From NCBI GenBank assembly GCA_963726455.1, contig CAVSCK010000004.1:1088001-1152000 (forward strand): 64,000 nucleotides of DNA, read 5' to 3'. This DNA comes from an uncultured bacterium (GTDB lineage: Bacteria > Zixibacteria > MSB-5A5 > CAIYYT01). The notes beneath the pieces were generated by a model that searched no databases, had not been told where the DNA came from, and worked only from the letters and a program-made list of their open reading frames with translations. Below, one piece after another: positions 18,860 through 29,928 of the stretch (positions are counted from its first letter, which is position 1; every line of letters begins with the position of its first letter). Both the position numbers and the translations under genes were made by a program.

Positions 18860-18881
18860 CTCTGCCAGTCTCCTCTGCCGG

Positions 18882-18910
18882 AAATTACTCTGCGGCCGTC
18901 TGGATGTCAA
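18882..18910 (-). promoter_or_regulatory. Putative sigma70 promoter of the cupin gene (back-to-back with a TTGACA for the divergent gene)
   Basis: TTGACA-N17-TAATTT on the minus strand. A second TTGACA lies at 18918 on the plus strand. Confidence 0.45.
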
Positions 18911-18953
18911 ATTATTCTTGACAACGACCGAAATGCCGTCGTTTATCGAGTAA

Positions 18954-19757
18954 ATGGAACTCGCCATCGGTACCTGCTTTGACTATAAAATCCCAATTTC
19001 CGAGCAATTGGAGAAAATCGGCGCCACGCCGTTTCGACTTGTAAGTTTGGGGGGCGATGCGACGCATTCAGGTTACTTGACCCCGGGCGGACGGTTGCGA
19101 GTATCTACTCTGGCAGAAGAACAGGGTATCAAGATCGATTCGCTGCATGCTCCATACGGCGTCAGGCACGATCTGTCGCTGGTCGACTCGGAGGAAAGAA
19201 TGGCGGCTGTCTGTCGGATTGCCATGACGATGGCGGCGGCTGTAGAGCTGAAAGCAAATACGGTAATACTTCACCTTCAGTCCTGGCCGGCTGAGCCGGG
19301 CGTTCAAAACATCGATGCGTTATTGCGGTCGCTTGAAGCGCTGATCGAGTCGGCAGAAAATATGCGAATACGCCTCGCCGCCGAAAACCTTCCCGGACAG
19401 ATAGCGCACGATTTTCTCACGCGGGCGTTTGACGAATTTCAGTCCGACTATTTCGGATTCTGCTATGATTCGTCTCACGATCAACTTGGCCCGGAAAAGC
19501 CGTACGAGATTATAGAGCGGTACGCCGACCGCCTGTTTGCCGTGCATCTCTCTGACAATGACGGAGCCGATGATCGCCACTGGATACCATTTACCGGAAT
19601 TGTCGATTGGGAACGCATCTGCTACATTCTTAACAAGTCCCGTTATACCCATTCCCTATTGCTTGAGGTCGAGAATCCGCAACAGATTCCGACAGAGGAA
19701 TTCCTTACCAAGTCCGCGGACGCTGCCCTGCGTCTCAACAAATTGATTGAGTCGTGA
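18954..19757 (+). CDS. Sugar phosphate isomerase/epimerase family (AP endonuclease 2 TIM barrel)
   Basis: SLHAP, LAAEN, CYDSSH, VHLSDNDGADDRH and LLLEV motifs. Confidence 0.85.
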   Translation: MELAIGTCFDYKIPISEQLEKIGATPFRLVSLGGDATHSGYLTPGGRLRVSTLAEEQGIKIDSLHAPYGVRHDLSLVDSEERMAAVCRIAMTMAAAVELKANTVILHLQSWPAEPGVQNIDALLRSLEALIESAENMRIRLAAENLPGQIAHDFLTRAFDEFQSDYFGFCYDSSHDQLGPEKPYEIIERYADRLFAVHLSDNDGADDRHWIPFTGIVDWERICYILNKSRYTHSLLLEVENPQQIPTEEFLTKSADAALRLNKLIES

Positions 19758-19811
19758 TCGGGAAATTTGTCTGCCACCCGGAAGCCAAAAGATGCTAAGA
19801 ACGGTCTTGAC

Positions 19812-20693
19812 CTACCCGCGCTGTGTCAAGAACACGCCTCCGATTACCATTACGCCGCCGAGGTAGAATGATGTCGAAAGCGACTCACCCACCAACAACA
19901 CGGCAAGCACCGTCGCAAACACCGGCTGTAGATTCTGAAAAATGGCCAATTTGGATGTGTCCATTCTTGCGAGCGCCCAATACCAGATCGAGTACGAAAT
20001 CACCGAGGTCATCAGTGCGATGTATCCCAATGACAGCCATGCCTTGAGCGGAACCTGTGCATAATCAAAATGAATTGCCGGATACAATCCGAACGGCAAA
20101 TAGGCGAGTGTGCCCGCTGTCAGTGCATAGGCCGTGATCGTAAGCGATCCGTATTTGTTCAACAGGTCTTTACCCAGAACCGTGTAACCCGCCCAGGCGA
20201 CGACGGCGAGTATCACCAGGAAATCTCCGAACAGTACTCCCTTACCCGCATGTCCTCCTCCATGTAGGATGACGCCAACACCGGCAAACGAAACGACGAT
20301 GCCTAGCACTTTCAGGATGGTCGCTTTCTCTTTGAGGAAGAAAGTCGCAAGCAGAAACACGAAGATTGGTGTCGCCCCAAAATAGAGAGCGGATCGACCC
20401 GCCGTGGTGTACTGCAATCCACAAAGGAACAGCAATTGATTCGCGGGTACCGCCAACAATCCGACGATCAGAATCCGCAGCATATCGCGGCGTTCAACCT
20501 TGCGCAGCCGGTGGGTCAACGAAATGAGTGTCATCAAAGCGATCGAGGCGATACTGAACCGCAGTAATGCGAGCGTCAACGGTTCGATGGAAGTGACCGC
20601 GATCTTGGCGATCGGGAAGGTTCCAGCCGCTACAAGTTGGCCGAATATGATGATCGGGAAGATCCAACGGGCGGAGGGTTTGGGTAAGTTCAA
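19812..20693 (-). CDS. DMT/EamA family transporter
   Basis: About 10 hydrophobic helices, LRF motif, FLKEK and VGES repeats. Confidence 0.9.
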   Translation of the reverse strand: MNLPKPSARWIFPIIIFGQLVAAGTFPIAKIAVTSIEPLTLALLRFSIASIALMTLISLTHRLRKVERRDMLRILIVGLLAVPANQLLFLCGLQYTTAGRSALYFGATPIFVFLLATFFLKEKATILKVLGIVVSFAGVGVILHGGGHAGKGVLFGDFLVILAVVAWAGYTVLGKDLLNKYGSLTITAYALTAGTLAYLPFGLYPAIHFDYAQVPLKAWLSLGYIALMTSVISYSIWYWALARMDTSKLAIFQNLQPVFATVLAVLLVGESLSTSFYLGGVMVIGGVFLTQRG

Positions 20694-20701
20694 GGTGCGC
20701 T

Positions 20702-21490
20702 TCAGATCGTCTTTATGTAACCGCCGTCGATGTTCAGTGCCACTCCCGTTATGTAGCCCGCCTTTTCGCTTGCCAGAAACGCCGCCAGATATCCGAGCTC
20801 CTCTGGTTTTGCCAGCCGCCCGGCAGGAATCATTTTCTTCCAGCGATCGTAAACCTTTTCCGTCGACGTGCCGGTCGCCTTGGATGTCACTGCCGCTAGT
20901 TCGATCAATCGTTCGGTATTGGTATAACCGGGACAGATCGTATTGACCGTGATACCGTAAGCGGCGTACTCGTTCGACAATGCTTTGGTGAGACCATGGA
21001 CACCGGGACGAATTGTGCTGGACAGTATCAGGGTTTCACTGGCCTCGATGGCAGATATCGAAGTGATGTTGATGATTCTTCCCCACTTCTGCTGCTTCAT
21101 CGCCGGAATTACGGCGGAGCAGAGGCGGATCGTCGATTTGAGATTCAGATTGTAGGCCGAATCCCAAGCATCATCTGCAATCTGTTCGAAGCGCTGCATG
21201 GGAGGTCCGCCGGCGTTGCAGACAAGAATATTGACGACGCCAAGACGCTTGTTGACTTTGGTGATCGCGGCTTCGATGCGCTTCTTGTTCGTGACGTCAC
21301 AAACGACCGGCAATACATCGTTCCCGGATTTCGAAGAGATATCATTGGCGGCTGTACTGATACGCTCCTTGTCGCGCGATAAAACGGCAACGCGAGCGCC
21401 TTCTTCGCTGAGAACCTGCGCGATTGCTTTGCCTATGCCCGACGATGCCCCGGCTACCAATGCGACTTTGCCGGTCAAACCCAAATCCAC
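20702..21490 (-). CDS. SDR family oxidoreductase
   Basis: GASSGIG, CNAGGP, ITVNTICPG and LNIDGG motifs. Confidence 0.9.
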   Translation of the reverse strand: MDLGLTGKVALVAGASSGIGKAIAQVLSEEGARVAVLSRDKERISTAANDISSKSGNDVLPVVCDVTNKKRIEAAITKVNKRLGVVNILVCNAGGPPMQRFEQIADDAWDSAYNLNLKSTIRLCSAVIPAMKQQKWGRIINITSISAIEASETLILSSTIRPGVHGLTKALSNEYAAYGITVNTICPGYTNTERLIELAAVTSKATGTSTEKVYDRWKKMIPAGRLAKPEELGYLAAFLASEKAGYITGVALNIDGGYIKTI

Positions 21491-22848
21491 TATTTCAATC
21501 CCTCGTACAGATACGCCGCTGTGACGATGCCCTGATGGAAGTCACCCAGGGACATTCTTTCATTCGGAGAATGAACATTGTCGTCATTCTGGCAGAAACC
21601 GAGCAGCAGCGTTTCGAGGCCAAGTTCTTCCTTGAACGTGTTGACGATCGGAATCGAACCGCCTTCGCGCATAAACACCGGCTTCTTGCCGAATCCCTTC
21701 TCCAGCGCGCTCACTGCGGCTGTGACCATAAAGTTGTCTCGCTCAACGAGTGCCGGCTTGGCTCCGACAGTATGGCCAACCTCGACCTTAACCGCCGGTG
21801 AGGCAACCTTGCGCACATACTTCTTGAATTTCTCCAGGATGTCATCCGGATTCTGATTCGGCACCAGGCGCATCGTGACTTTGCAGCCCGCCCATGAAGG
21901 CACGATAGTCTTTCCGCCTTCGCCTTCATAACCGCCATAGATGCCGTTGATCTCGCACGTGGGACGCGCCCAAACGCGTTCGAGCGTGCTGTATCCTTTT
22001 TCGCCGACAACGTCCGGTGAATTGGTCTTTGCCAGCCAGTCCTTGTCGGAATGCGGTAATGCTCCCCACATGTCGCGCTCCCACGGTTCCAATTCGCGCA
22101 CGTCGTCGTAGAAGCCATCGATTTTGACGTGATAGTTGTCGTCATGGAATCTCGCAATGAGCCGCGCCATCTCTGTGATCGGGTTGGCAATCGAACCGCC
22201 GTACGTGCCGGAGTGCAGATCACGATCCGGGCCGAAGACTTTGATTTCGGCAGCCGCGATTCCACGCAGGCCGTAGGTGATTGCCGGCAGTCCCTTGGCG
22301 AACATCGCGGTGTCAGACACGATTACGCCATCAGCTTTCAGGAGCTCTTTGTTCTGGGGTATAAAATCGAACAGGTGGCTGGGGCCGCTTTCCTCTTCGC
22401 CTTCGAGAACGAATTTAAGATTGACGGGAAGCTGGAGCCCTGACTTTAAGTAAGCTTCAACGGCCAGAACGTGGATTAGCATCTGTCCCTTGTCATCCGA
22501 TGCGCCGCGGGCGTAAATCCGGTCGCCGTCGATGTACGGTTCAAACGGCGGATGCTTCCACAGGTTAAGTGGATCAACCGGCTGCACGTCGTAGTGTCCG
22601 TACACCAGCAGCGTCCGCCTATTCTCAGGATTTATGTATTCGGCATAAACAATCGGATGCCCTGCGGTGGGATAGACTTTGGCTTTAAGCCCGAGCGATT
22701 CGAATTTCGCTTTGAGATAATCGGCGCACTTGAGCAGGTCGTTCTTGTATTTCGAATCCGCCGAAATAGACGGAAATTTCAGCAATTCCACCAGATCATT
22801 GACGAATTTCTTGCGATTGCTTTCAATGTAACCGAGCACCTTTTCCAT
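21490..22848 (-). CDS. M20 family dipeptidase
   Basis: YGHYDVQP, RGASDDKG, EGEEE, DLHSG, GGSIP and HSPNE motifs. Confidence 0.92.
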   Translation of the reverse strand: MEKVLGYIESNRKKFVNDLVELLKFPSISADSKYKNDLLKCADYLKAKFESLGLKAKVYPTAGHPIVYAEYINPENRRTLLVYGHYDVQPVDPLNLWKHPPFEPYIDGDRIYARGASDDKGQMLIHVLAVEAYLKSGLQLPVNLKFVLEGEEESGPSHLFDFIPQNKELLKADGVIVSDTAMFAKGLPAITYGLRGIAAAEIKVFGPDRDLHSGTYGGSIANPITEMARLIARFHDDNYHVKIDGFYDDVRELEPWERDMWGALPHSDKDWLAKTNSPDVVGEKGYSTLERVWARPTCEINGIYGGYEGEGGKTIVPSWAGCKVTMRLVPNQNPDDILEKFKKYVRKVASPAVKVEVGHTVGAKPALVERDNFMVTAAVSALEKGFGKKPVFMREGGSIPIVNTFKEELGLETLLLGFCQNDDNVHSPNERMSLGDFHQGIVTAAYLYEGLK

Positions 22849-23181
22849 GTATGTTTACTCCTCGTTTTGGTCGAAAGTTGGACGTAAACTATCGCCAAAG
22901 GCGCTAATGTCAAGGGGATTGTGTTTGCGGCCGTTCCAAGTATTGTAGGCTGATTTCTCCGGGAACCCAATCGCCGAAAGCGTGTTACATACTTTGAGAG
23001 GTTATTTTGATAAGCTGCGGCACTGACTTGTAGAAATACTCAATTTATGATCGCGACCGGCAACCAAGAATCACCCACAAATCTGCGTAGAATGATTTGT
23101 CCCATGCAAATTCGACTGGTTAATTAGACGACAGGATAATTGTTTCGAGAATATAGGTAGCTTTTCATTAACGGAGGAACA

Positions 23182-23703
23182 ATGCGTATCGGAGAAAAAG
23201 CCCCATTCTTCAAGGCAGTCGCAGTGCTGCCCAACAAGGACTTCAAAGAAGTTCAGTTAAATGATTTCCGAGGCAAGTGGCTCGTGCTCTTCTTCTATCC
23301 TCTCGATTTCACTTTTGTCTGCCCGACCGAAATCAAGGGGTTTGCCGCCAACTACAAGAAATTCACCGAAGTCGGAGCCGAAATTCTGGGCTGCTCGGTT
23401 GATTCGCATTTTTCGCACCTGGCCTGGATCGAGCAAGACCTTAAGCCATTGCCGTTTCCATTGGCGTCCGATATCACCAAGGATATCGCCCGCGCCTACG
23501 GCGTGCTTCTCCCCGATGACGGTATCGCATTGCGCGGAACTTTTATCATCGATCCCGAAGGCGTTTTGAAATCAATAGTTGTCAACGACACGGCGATCGG
23601 CCGTTCAATAGACGAGACTCTCCGCACGTTAAAAGCTTTGCAGACCGGAGAACTCACCGGCTGCGGCTGGCAACCGGGCGAAAAGACACTGGGACGAGTA
23701 TAA
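23182..23703 (+). CDS. ahpC: Peroxiredoxin (AhpC/Prx1)
   Basis: FYPLDFTFVCPTE, ALRGTFIIDP and GRSIDE motifs. GGAGG RBS. Confidence 0.92.
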   Translation: MRIGEKAPFFKAVAVLPNKDFKEVQLNDFRGKWLVLFFYPLDFTFVCPTEIKGFAANYKKFTEVGAEILGCSVDSHFSHLAWIEQDLKPLPFPLASDITKDIARAYGVLLPDDGIALRGTFIIDPEGVLKSIVVNDTAIGRSIDETLRTLKALQTGELTGCGWQPGEKTLGRV

Positions 23704-23712
23704 CAACAACAA

Positions 23713-23755
23713 TTGCTGCGGACCCCTCAGGTTACAGCAGAGGGGTTCGCCGCAA
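23713..23755 (+). other. Intergenic hairpin between ahpC and tpx
   Basis: GCGGACCCCTC/GAGGGGTTCGC stem with no U-tract. Confidence 0.45.
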
Positions 23756-23785
23756 CAGATTCAATAGTTCAGAAAGGAACCAAAA

Positions 23786-24303
23786 ATGGCAGACAGACCA
23801 GGGGCAGTAACGATTCAAGGGGAATCCGTTTACGTTGACAGGTCAGGAACTCAAAGTGGGCGATGCGATGCCCAATGTCGAAATGATTGCCAACGATATG
23901 CATCCGGTGAAGCTGTCACAGTATCACGGCAAGGTTAGTTATCCTCTCAGCGGTGCACTCGCTGGATACGGCCGTTTGCGACACCGAGACCCGGCGCTTC
24001 AACAAGGAAGCTGCGCAGCTCGGCAATGACATCGTTATCCTCACCGTCAGCATGGATCTTCCTTTTGCGCAAGCACGTTGGTGCGGCGCGGCAGGCATCG
24101 ACAAGGTGCAGACTTTATCAGACTATCGCGAAGCAAAATTCGGCAAGAGTTTCGGTGTGCTGATTAAGGAACTGTATCTGCTGGCCAGGTCTATATTCGT
24201 GGTCGACAAGCATGGTGTGGTCCGATACATCCAGTTGGTCAAGGAAGTCGCCAGTGAACCCAACTACGATGAAGTCATCGCCGCCGCCAAGAAGCTTCTG
24301 TAA
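23786..24303 (+). CDS. tpx: Thiol peroxidase Tpx, with two +1 frameshifts (probably assembly indels)
   Basis: Removing one base near 23813 and one near 23936 gives MADRPGAVTFKGNPFTLTG..VVILSAVHSLDTAVCD..SMDLPFAQARWCG..LSDYR. Confidence 0.85.
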
Positions 24304-24314
24304 CTGCTGATCAT

Positions 24315-24346
24315 TTCCCCTCTCGAGAGGGGACCAAGGGGTGTGT
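24315..24346. repeat. Dispersed 32-bp palindromic REP-like repeat, copy 1
   Basis: TTCCCCTCTCGAGAGGGGACCAAGGGGTGTGT, 30/32 identical to 54202-54233. Confidence 0.75.
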
Positions 24347-24353
24347 ACTTGTT

Positions 24354-24398
24354 GCGTCAGGTCCTGCCGTTCGCCCCGCGAACGGTGTGACCTGACGC
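24354..24398. other. Long imperfect palindrome between the convergent tpx and DUF456 genes
   Basis: Outer stem GCGTCAGGTC/GACCTGACGC and inner stem CCGTTCGC/GCGAACGG. Confidence 0.6.
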
Positions 24399-24411
24399 CC
24401 CGCTATCGCAC

Positions 24412-24927
24412 CTACCTCAACACCGTCTTCGACAGGAACACACCGATCATCGTCAGCGCCAGCGCAACCTGAAGAACGGTGCCGATCATAAACGCGATGA
24501 AGGTGCCGCAGCCGGCCTTCAATGATTCGAAAATCCTCCGCCCCAGCATCATCTCGAACAATGTGGCACCAACCAATGGGCCAAGGATCATCGCCCACAG
24601 ATTGGCCATTGATACGCCCACAATCATGCCGATAAATGCGCCGATCATCCCCCACTTGGAGGCGCCCATCTTCTTCGCGCCATACGCCTTGAATATGTAT
24701 TCGAGTATTATCAGCGCGGCCGAGGCCAGACCAAAGTGCAACAGGTATTGTTGCGTGATGACCTGGTAGCCGGTGAAGTGCGCGTACAGAAACGCTCCCA
24801 CCCACACCAGCGGCAGTCCGGGCAGAATCGGTAGAATCACTCCCAGCACGCCGATTGCCATTACGATCAGCGCTCCGCCGGTGAGCAGGATTTCTTTGAA
24901 TGTCATTCCGTCGGTGGAAATAGTCAT
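24412..24927 (-). CDS. DUF456 family membrane protein
   Basis: GVILPILPGLPL, GAKKMGASKWG and GPLVGA motifs. The start may be 24906. Confidence 0.85.
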   Translation of the reverse strand: MTISTDGMTFKEILLTGGALIVMAIGVLGVILPILPGLPLVWVGAFLYAHFTGYQVITQQYLLHFGLASAALIILEYIFKAYGAKKMGASKWGMIGAFIGMIVGVSMANLWAMILGPLVGATLFEMMLGRRIFESLKAGCGTFIAFMIGTVLQVALALTMIGVFLSKTVLR

Positions 24928-25079
24928 TGTTGCCTCATCATTTGAGGATCGAATTTGAGAAATTGAAGAATTGCGCGCAACAGATTTGTTGGTGCACTGC
25001 TCCGCCCAAAAAGCCCTTGACAAATAATTGTCTGCGGTGCAATATTGCTTCATAACTCAATTCTGATTCGAAGGAAGAC

Positions 25080-25994
25080 ATGCGAAAGGTAATAGCTATC
25101 GTAGCTTGCTCAATAGCAGTCGGTCTCTGGCCGACAATTGCAGGAGCGCAGACAGAAACTGATTCACTTCCTGCCAAGGCTTTTGCTGGGCGCATTTGGA
25201 CGATGAGCGAGTTGGATACGCTCAGCGGTCACAAGTGGGTTTGGATTGACAAGTCGTTTAAGGAAGTAGTTCCAGAAGCCCCCGACATAAGTCAAACGCC
25301 GACGGAAGAACCTTTGCTGAGGAAACAACCGGCAATAGGCTATCCCAAAGCCGCTCGCGAGAGCGGCGTCGACGCTGTCGTACGCCTGCGAGTCTTGATT
25401 GATAGGAATGGTAAAGCACGCACTGCATACATTCTGGAAGATTCCGGCTATGAGGATCTCGACTTTGAAGAAACTGCCATCGAGGCGATGAAGCAGAACC
25501 GGTGGGAGCCAGCTCTCTTGAACGATACGCCGGTATCAACCTGGGTCACTTTCGCGACCACATTCCATTTCTTCATGACGAGTAAAGGCATGCCCATCAC
25601 CAGGGTTGACAAATGGAACTGGTCCGTTCCGAGCCCGGAACTTACTTCCGACGAATCTCCTGCAGATAGCCTCTCTGCCGCGAAGACACCACAGCCCGAC
25701 GATTTCGTCAACGTTGAAGAATGGCCCACGCCTCTCGACCTGCCCGCGCCCAAGTATCCGAGAACCGCGGTACAAAGCGGGGAAGAGGGAAGTGTATGGG
25801 TAAAAGTGCTGATTGATACAAAGGGAGCTGTGCGGGACGCGATGGTCGTCAAACCCTCAGGCGTCTGCGTGGGGTGCGGGTTCGAGGAGGCGGCACTGAA
25901 AGCTGCGGTGGAGGCGAAATGGAAGCCGGCACGATATGCGGGAAAGCCGATCATGGCCTGGGTGAGTTACGAAATAAGATTCCGCATGCGGTAA
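25080..25994 (+). CDS. Exported protein with tandem TonB C-terminal domains
   Basis: Signal peptide and two copies of YP..A..G..G.V.V.VLID..G....FEE.A..A....W.PA...G.P...WV. Confidence 0.82.
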   Translation: MRKVIAIVACSIAVGLWPTIAGAQTETDSLPAKAFAGRIWTMSELDTLSGHKWVWIDKSFKEVVPEAPDISQTPTEEPLLRKQPAIGYPKAARESGVDAVVRLRVLIDRNGKARTAYILEDSGYEDLDFEETAIEAMKQNRWEPALLNDTPVSTWVTFATTFHFFMTSKGMPITRVDKWNWSVPSPELTSDESPADSLSAAKTPQPDDFVNVEEWPTPLDLPAPKYPRTAVQSGEEGSVWVKVLIDTKGAVRDAMVVKPSGVCVGCGFEEAALKAAVEAKWKPARYAGKPIMAWVSYEIRFRMR

Positions 25995-26029
25995 TGCCAA
26001 TTGTGGGACAACTCGAATCAGAATAGCAA

Positions 26030-26051
26030 CAGGGGCGCTTCCGCGCCCCTG
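26030..26051. terminator. GC-rich hairpin between convergent genes (likely terminator)
   Basis: CAGGGGCGC-TTCC-GCGCCCCTG perfect 9-bp stem. Confidence 0.55.
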
Positions 26052-26083
26052 CATATCGAGTCTCAGCTTCTTACCACGCGAGA

Positions 26084-27170
26084 CTAATTCTTCTTCTTGA
26101 AATCCGCCATGAACTGCACCAGCTTCTCAACTGCGGCAACCGGCAGCGCGTTGTACATCGACACGCGAATACCACCGACCGAGCGATGGCCTTTCAGACC
26201 GATCATTCCCGCGGCCTTGGCTTCCTTTACGAACTTCTCTTCAAGTTCTTCCGAGCCGAGCCGCATCGTGGCATTCATTCCCGAACGGCTGTCGGGACGA
26301 ACCGTGCCCTTGTAGTAACCACCGGAATTGTCGATGGCGCTATACAGCAGTATCTTTCTTCTGTTTGTTGCGTTTTTCGATTTCCGCCAGCCCGCCGATC
26401 TGATCCATCCACTGCAGGGTCAACTTGATCATGTAGATGATGTAAGTCGGCGGCGTGTTGTATAGCGAGTTTTCCTTGATATGCGTCGAGTAGCTGAGAA
26501 TCTTCGACAGACCCTGATTTCTGCTTGGCGGCAAAATCAGGATCCATGATGACCACCGTCACGCCGGCCGGGCCGATATTCTTCTGCGCGCCGGCGTAGA
26601 TCATCGCGAACTTGGAGACATCCACTTTGCGTGACATGATATCCGACGACATATCGCAGATCAACGGTTTGCCATGCACATCCGGCCAATACTGCCATTG
26701 CGTGCCGAAGATCGTATTGTTCGACGTCATGTGCACGTAGACGGCATCCGGATTGAATTTCAATTCGTTCTGCGAGGGAATGAAAGTGAACTTGGCTTCC
26801 TCCGACGATCCGGCAATGTTAACCTTGCCGAAAAGCTTGGCTTCGGCAATTGCCTTCTGCGACCAGGCGCCGGTGTTGATGTAATCCGCAGTCTGGTCGG
26901 ATGAAAGGAAATTCATCGGAATCATCGCGAACTGCAACGAAGCGCCGCCGCCGAGAAAGAGGATGTGATACTTGTCCGGAATGCCGAGGAGTTTCTCGCA
27001 TCAGCGCCTGCGTGTCATCGAGGATCGCCTCGAAATCTTTGCAGCGATGGCTCATTTCGAGCACCGACATTCCGAGCCCTTTGTAGTCGAGCAATCTCGT
27101 TCTTCGCGATTTCTAGCACCTCAACGGGTAACGTCGCCGGACCGGGATTGAAATTGAAGATTCTATTCAT
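26084..27170 (-). CDS. serC: Phosphoserine aminotransferase, with several frameshifts (probably assembly indels)
   Basis: [51 protein letters not shown] and [18 protein letters not shown] are spread over several frames. Confidence 0.9.
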
Positions 27171-27260
27171 AGATCACCTGTTCGGTTTAATGTATTCACG
27201 GCGGTTAGATTAATCCGCCTGACAATGCCTCTATCCATAAGCCGCCACAAGGGACGGCGA

Positions 27261-28142
27261 CTACTTGCGCTCCACAAACTCGCCGATAATCTGGTCGACT
27301 TGTTTGCCGATGCGCAGCAGATTTTCATTGGTCGAAGCCCCGATGTGCGGAGCCATCAGCACGTTCGGCGCATTCGATCAACGGTGAATTCTCCGGCGGA
27401 TCGGAATACCAGACGTCGGTGGCATACGCGGCAAGTTTGCCTTCTTTCAGCGCGTCCACAATATCCTGCTCGACAACGCATTTGCCACGACCGGTGTTCA
27501 CGATCACGACGCCTTTCTTCATCTTGGCGATTGTGTCCTTGTTGATCATCCCTCGCGTCTGATCGTTCAACGGCGTGTGCAGCGACATGTAATCGCACAG
27601 CGGCAGCATCGCATCCAGGGACGGCTTCAATTCGATATATTCCGATTTCGTGACGATCGGATCGTAACCGACTACTTTCATTCCGAAGGCCAGCGCGCGT
27701 TTGGCGACTTCACTGCCGATTCGCCCGCAACCGACTATGCCGAGCGTCTTGCCGAACAGTTCCGTGCGCTTCAACTCTTTCTTGAGCCACTTGCCTTCCT
27801 TCATCGAGTTGTGCGCCTCAACCAAACGATTGGGCACGGCGATCATCATCGCGAATGCCAGTTCGGCTACCGCGATACTCGATGCTTCCGGCGTATTCTT
27901 GACTGTAATGCCCTTCTCTCTGGCAGTAAACCGAATCGACATTGTCCAGGCCGACGCCGCCGCGAATGATCATCTTCAGTTTCTTGGCCTGGTCGATGTA
28001 CTCTTTCGTGGCTTTGGTCTTGCTGCGGATCAGCACGATGTCGGCATCCGGCAATTGCGCGGCGTCGGCGGTGACATCGCCGTACTTGCGCAAAACATCG
28101 GGCAGCGACGCATCAAATGAATCGGCTAAGTAGTATTTTCAT
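27261..28142 (-). CDS. serA: D-3-phosphoglycerate dehydrogenase (short SerA-like), frameshifted
   Basis: RGGVGLDNVD, VKNTPEASSIAVAEL, GIVGCGRIG, NTGRG and APHIGAST across frames. Adjacent to serC. Confidence 0.82.
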
Positions 28143-28183
28143 AAATCACTTCATCCTTTTGTTTATGGGTCAAAGCACCTATC

Positions 28184-29437
28184 TCAAAGCAAATAGACCA
28201 CCAGGCCACTGCGAAGTTTGGGTTCAAACCAGGTCGACTTGGGCGGCATCACACCACCTGAATCGGCGACATCTTTCAGCGCCTGCATCGATGACCGGCG
28301 GCATGGAAAACGCAACTTTGAATTTGCCGCAATCAACCAGCTTGCACCAATTCGCTTGTTCCACGAATGCCGCCGACAAAATCAATGCGCTTGTCGGTGC
28401 GCGGATTGGTGATTCCGAGATATCGGATCCAGCAGATTGCGAGACAGAATGCTGGCATCCAGTCGTTCGATCGGATCGAACTTGTTGAAGCTGTCGGACA
28501 GCGGCACGATGCGGTACCACTTGCCGTCGAGGTACATTCCGATCACGTGCTCATCTTCCGACTTCAACCGGCTTGCCACTGCTTTCCAGGTTCCACCGAA
28601 AAGCGAGTTCGCACTTGCTGAACAAACGCGTTCGGTGACATCCCTTTCAGATCGGTGACCACGCGATTGTAAGGAAGAATCCGCAACTGGTCTGACGGGA
28701 AATACGACGGTCAGGAAATAGTTGAACGGCTCGGTAGCCATTGAAGTCGGGATTGGCGAAGCGCCGGTTCTTGCAGACATTTACCGCAGCGGCGCAGCGA
28801 TGGTGGCCGTCGGCAATATAGGTCGCATCGACTTTCTCAAAACCGTCGGTTATCTTCTGGTCATCTTCCTGGCATCGTCGACGACCCAAAGCTGATGTCG
28901 TACGTCGTCGGCTTCAAAATCATATTCGGGCTGGCCTTTAGCCACTTCCGCGAGAAGCAAGTCCAGATCATCGGCGGATGGATAGAACAGAGAACACCGG
29001 TCCCGCCTGCGCATTAAGAGTTTCCTCCAGGCGCGTGCGTCCGGCCTCCTTGTCGGCGCGCGTGAATTCGTGGCGCTTGATTTGTCCCTGAAGATAATCA
29101 TCCACCGCCGAGAGCAGCATGAATCCGGTTTGCTGGCGTGCCACGCCAGGTAAGCCGATACACGTAGATGCATCTCTTTATCGTCCTGCACCAGGGCATG
29201 TTCGTCAATCAGTCTTTGGAGATTTCTCTTACCCGCTTGTGCGGCTTCATCGCCATCTGGATCGGCGCCTGGCGGAAGTGAGATTTCCATCTTCTCCACA
29301 TACAAAAACGATATTGGATTGTTGGCCGCTAGCGCCTGCGCCTCGTCGGCAGACAGCACGTCGTACGGCGGTGATGCCACCTGCGCCACCAAATCCTTCT
29401 TCGGTCTCAAGCCCTTGAGTGCCTTTACCATTACCAT
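28184..29437 (-). CDS. DUF1015 family protein, frameshifted
   Basis: VASPPYDV, YIADGHHR and C-terminal MPPKSTWFEPKLRSGL across frames. Confidence 0.85.
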
Positions 29438-29928
29438 AAATCTTACCTGTCCGTTGAGTGATGCATAATCAAGTGTAAATCCATAGACACCAGGGGATAA
29501 TTAAGCCAAACCGGGCGCTAAGGCAAGTGCTTCTTTTCACAAGCTCCTGCGGGCGTTAAGTCTCGTTGCCCGCCTATTCACATTGTTTACGCAGATGGCC
29601 AAAAGAAGATTCACGTCGGTTGAACAGGGTGCACCTCTGTCCATTTACGCGGAATACTCAAAGCAAAGTAACTGGACTTCAATTTCCGGAATGGAGATCA
29701 GAGCGAAAATCGAAAATTGATACGGCACCGACGCACTCCGGCTTACTAATTCCACCCGACTACATCCTTCTTCTGGATCAGGAAGAATCTCATACAGTTG
29801 CGAGCACGTCCGAGTTCGCTGCAACCAATCCGCACTCTGGCGACCGCAAATGCCCACTTTACGAAAAATAAAAGATTGCTTGACAACCTGGGGCTTCGCC
29901 TGTTGGATGATGCCTGGCGGGCGAATCG

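Noticed and set aside
23786-29437. Programmed ribosomal frameshifting or phase variation as the cause of the broken genes
   Set aside because: There are several shifts per gene, the sites inspected show no slippery heptamers or long homopolymers, and these families are not known to be recoded.
29440-29928. About 490-bp intergenic region with several short ORFs
   Set aside because: I could not support any convincing ORF, repeat or RNA structure by eye.
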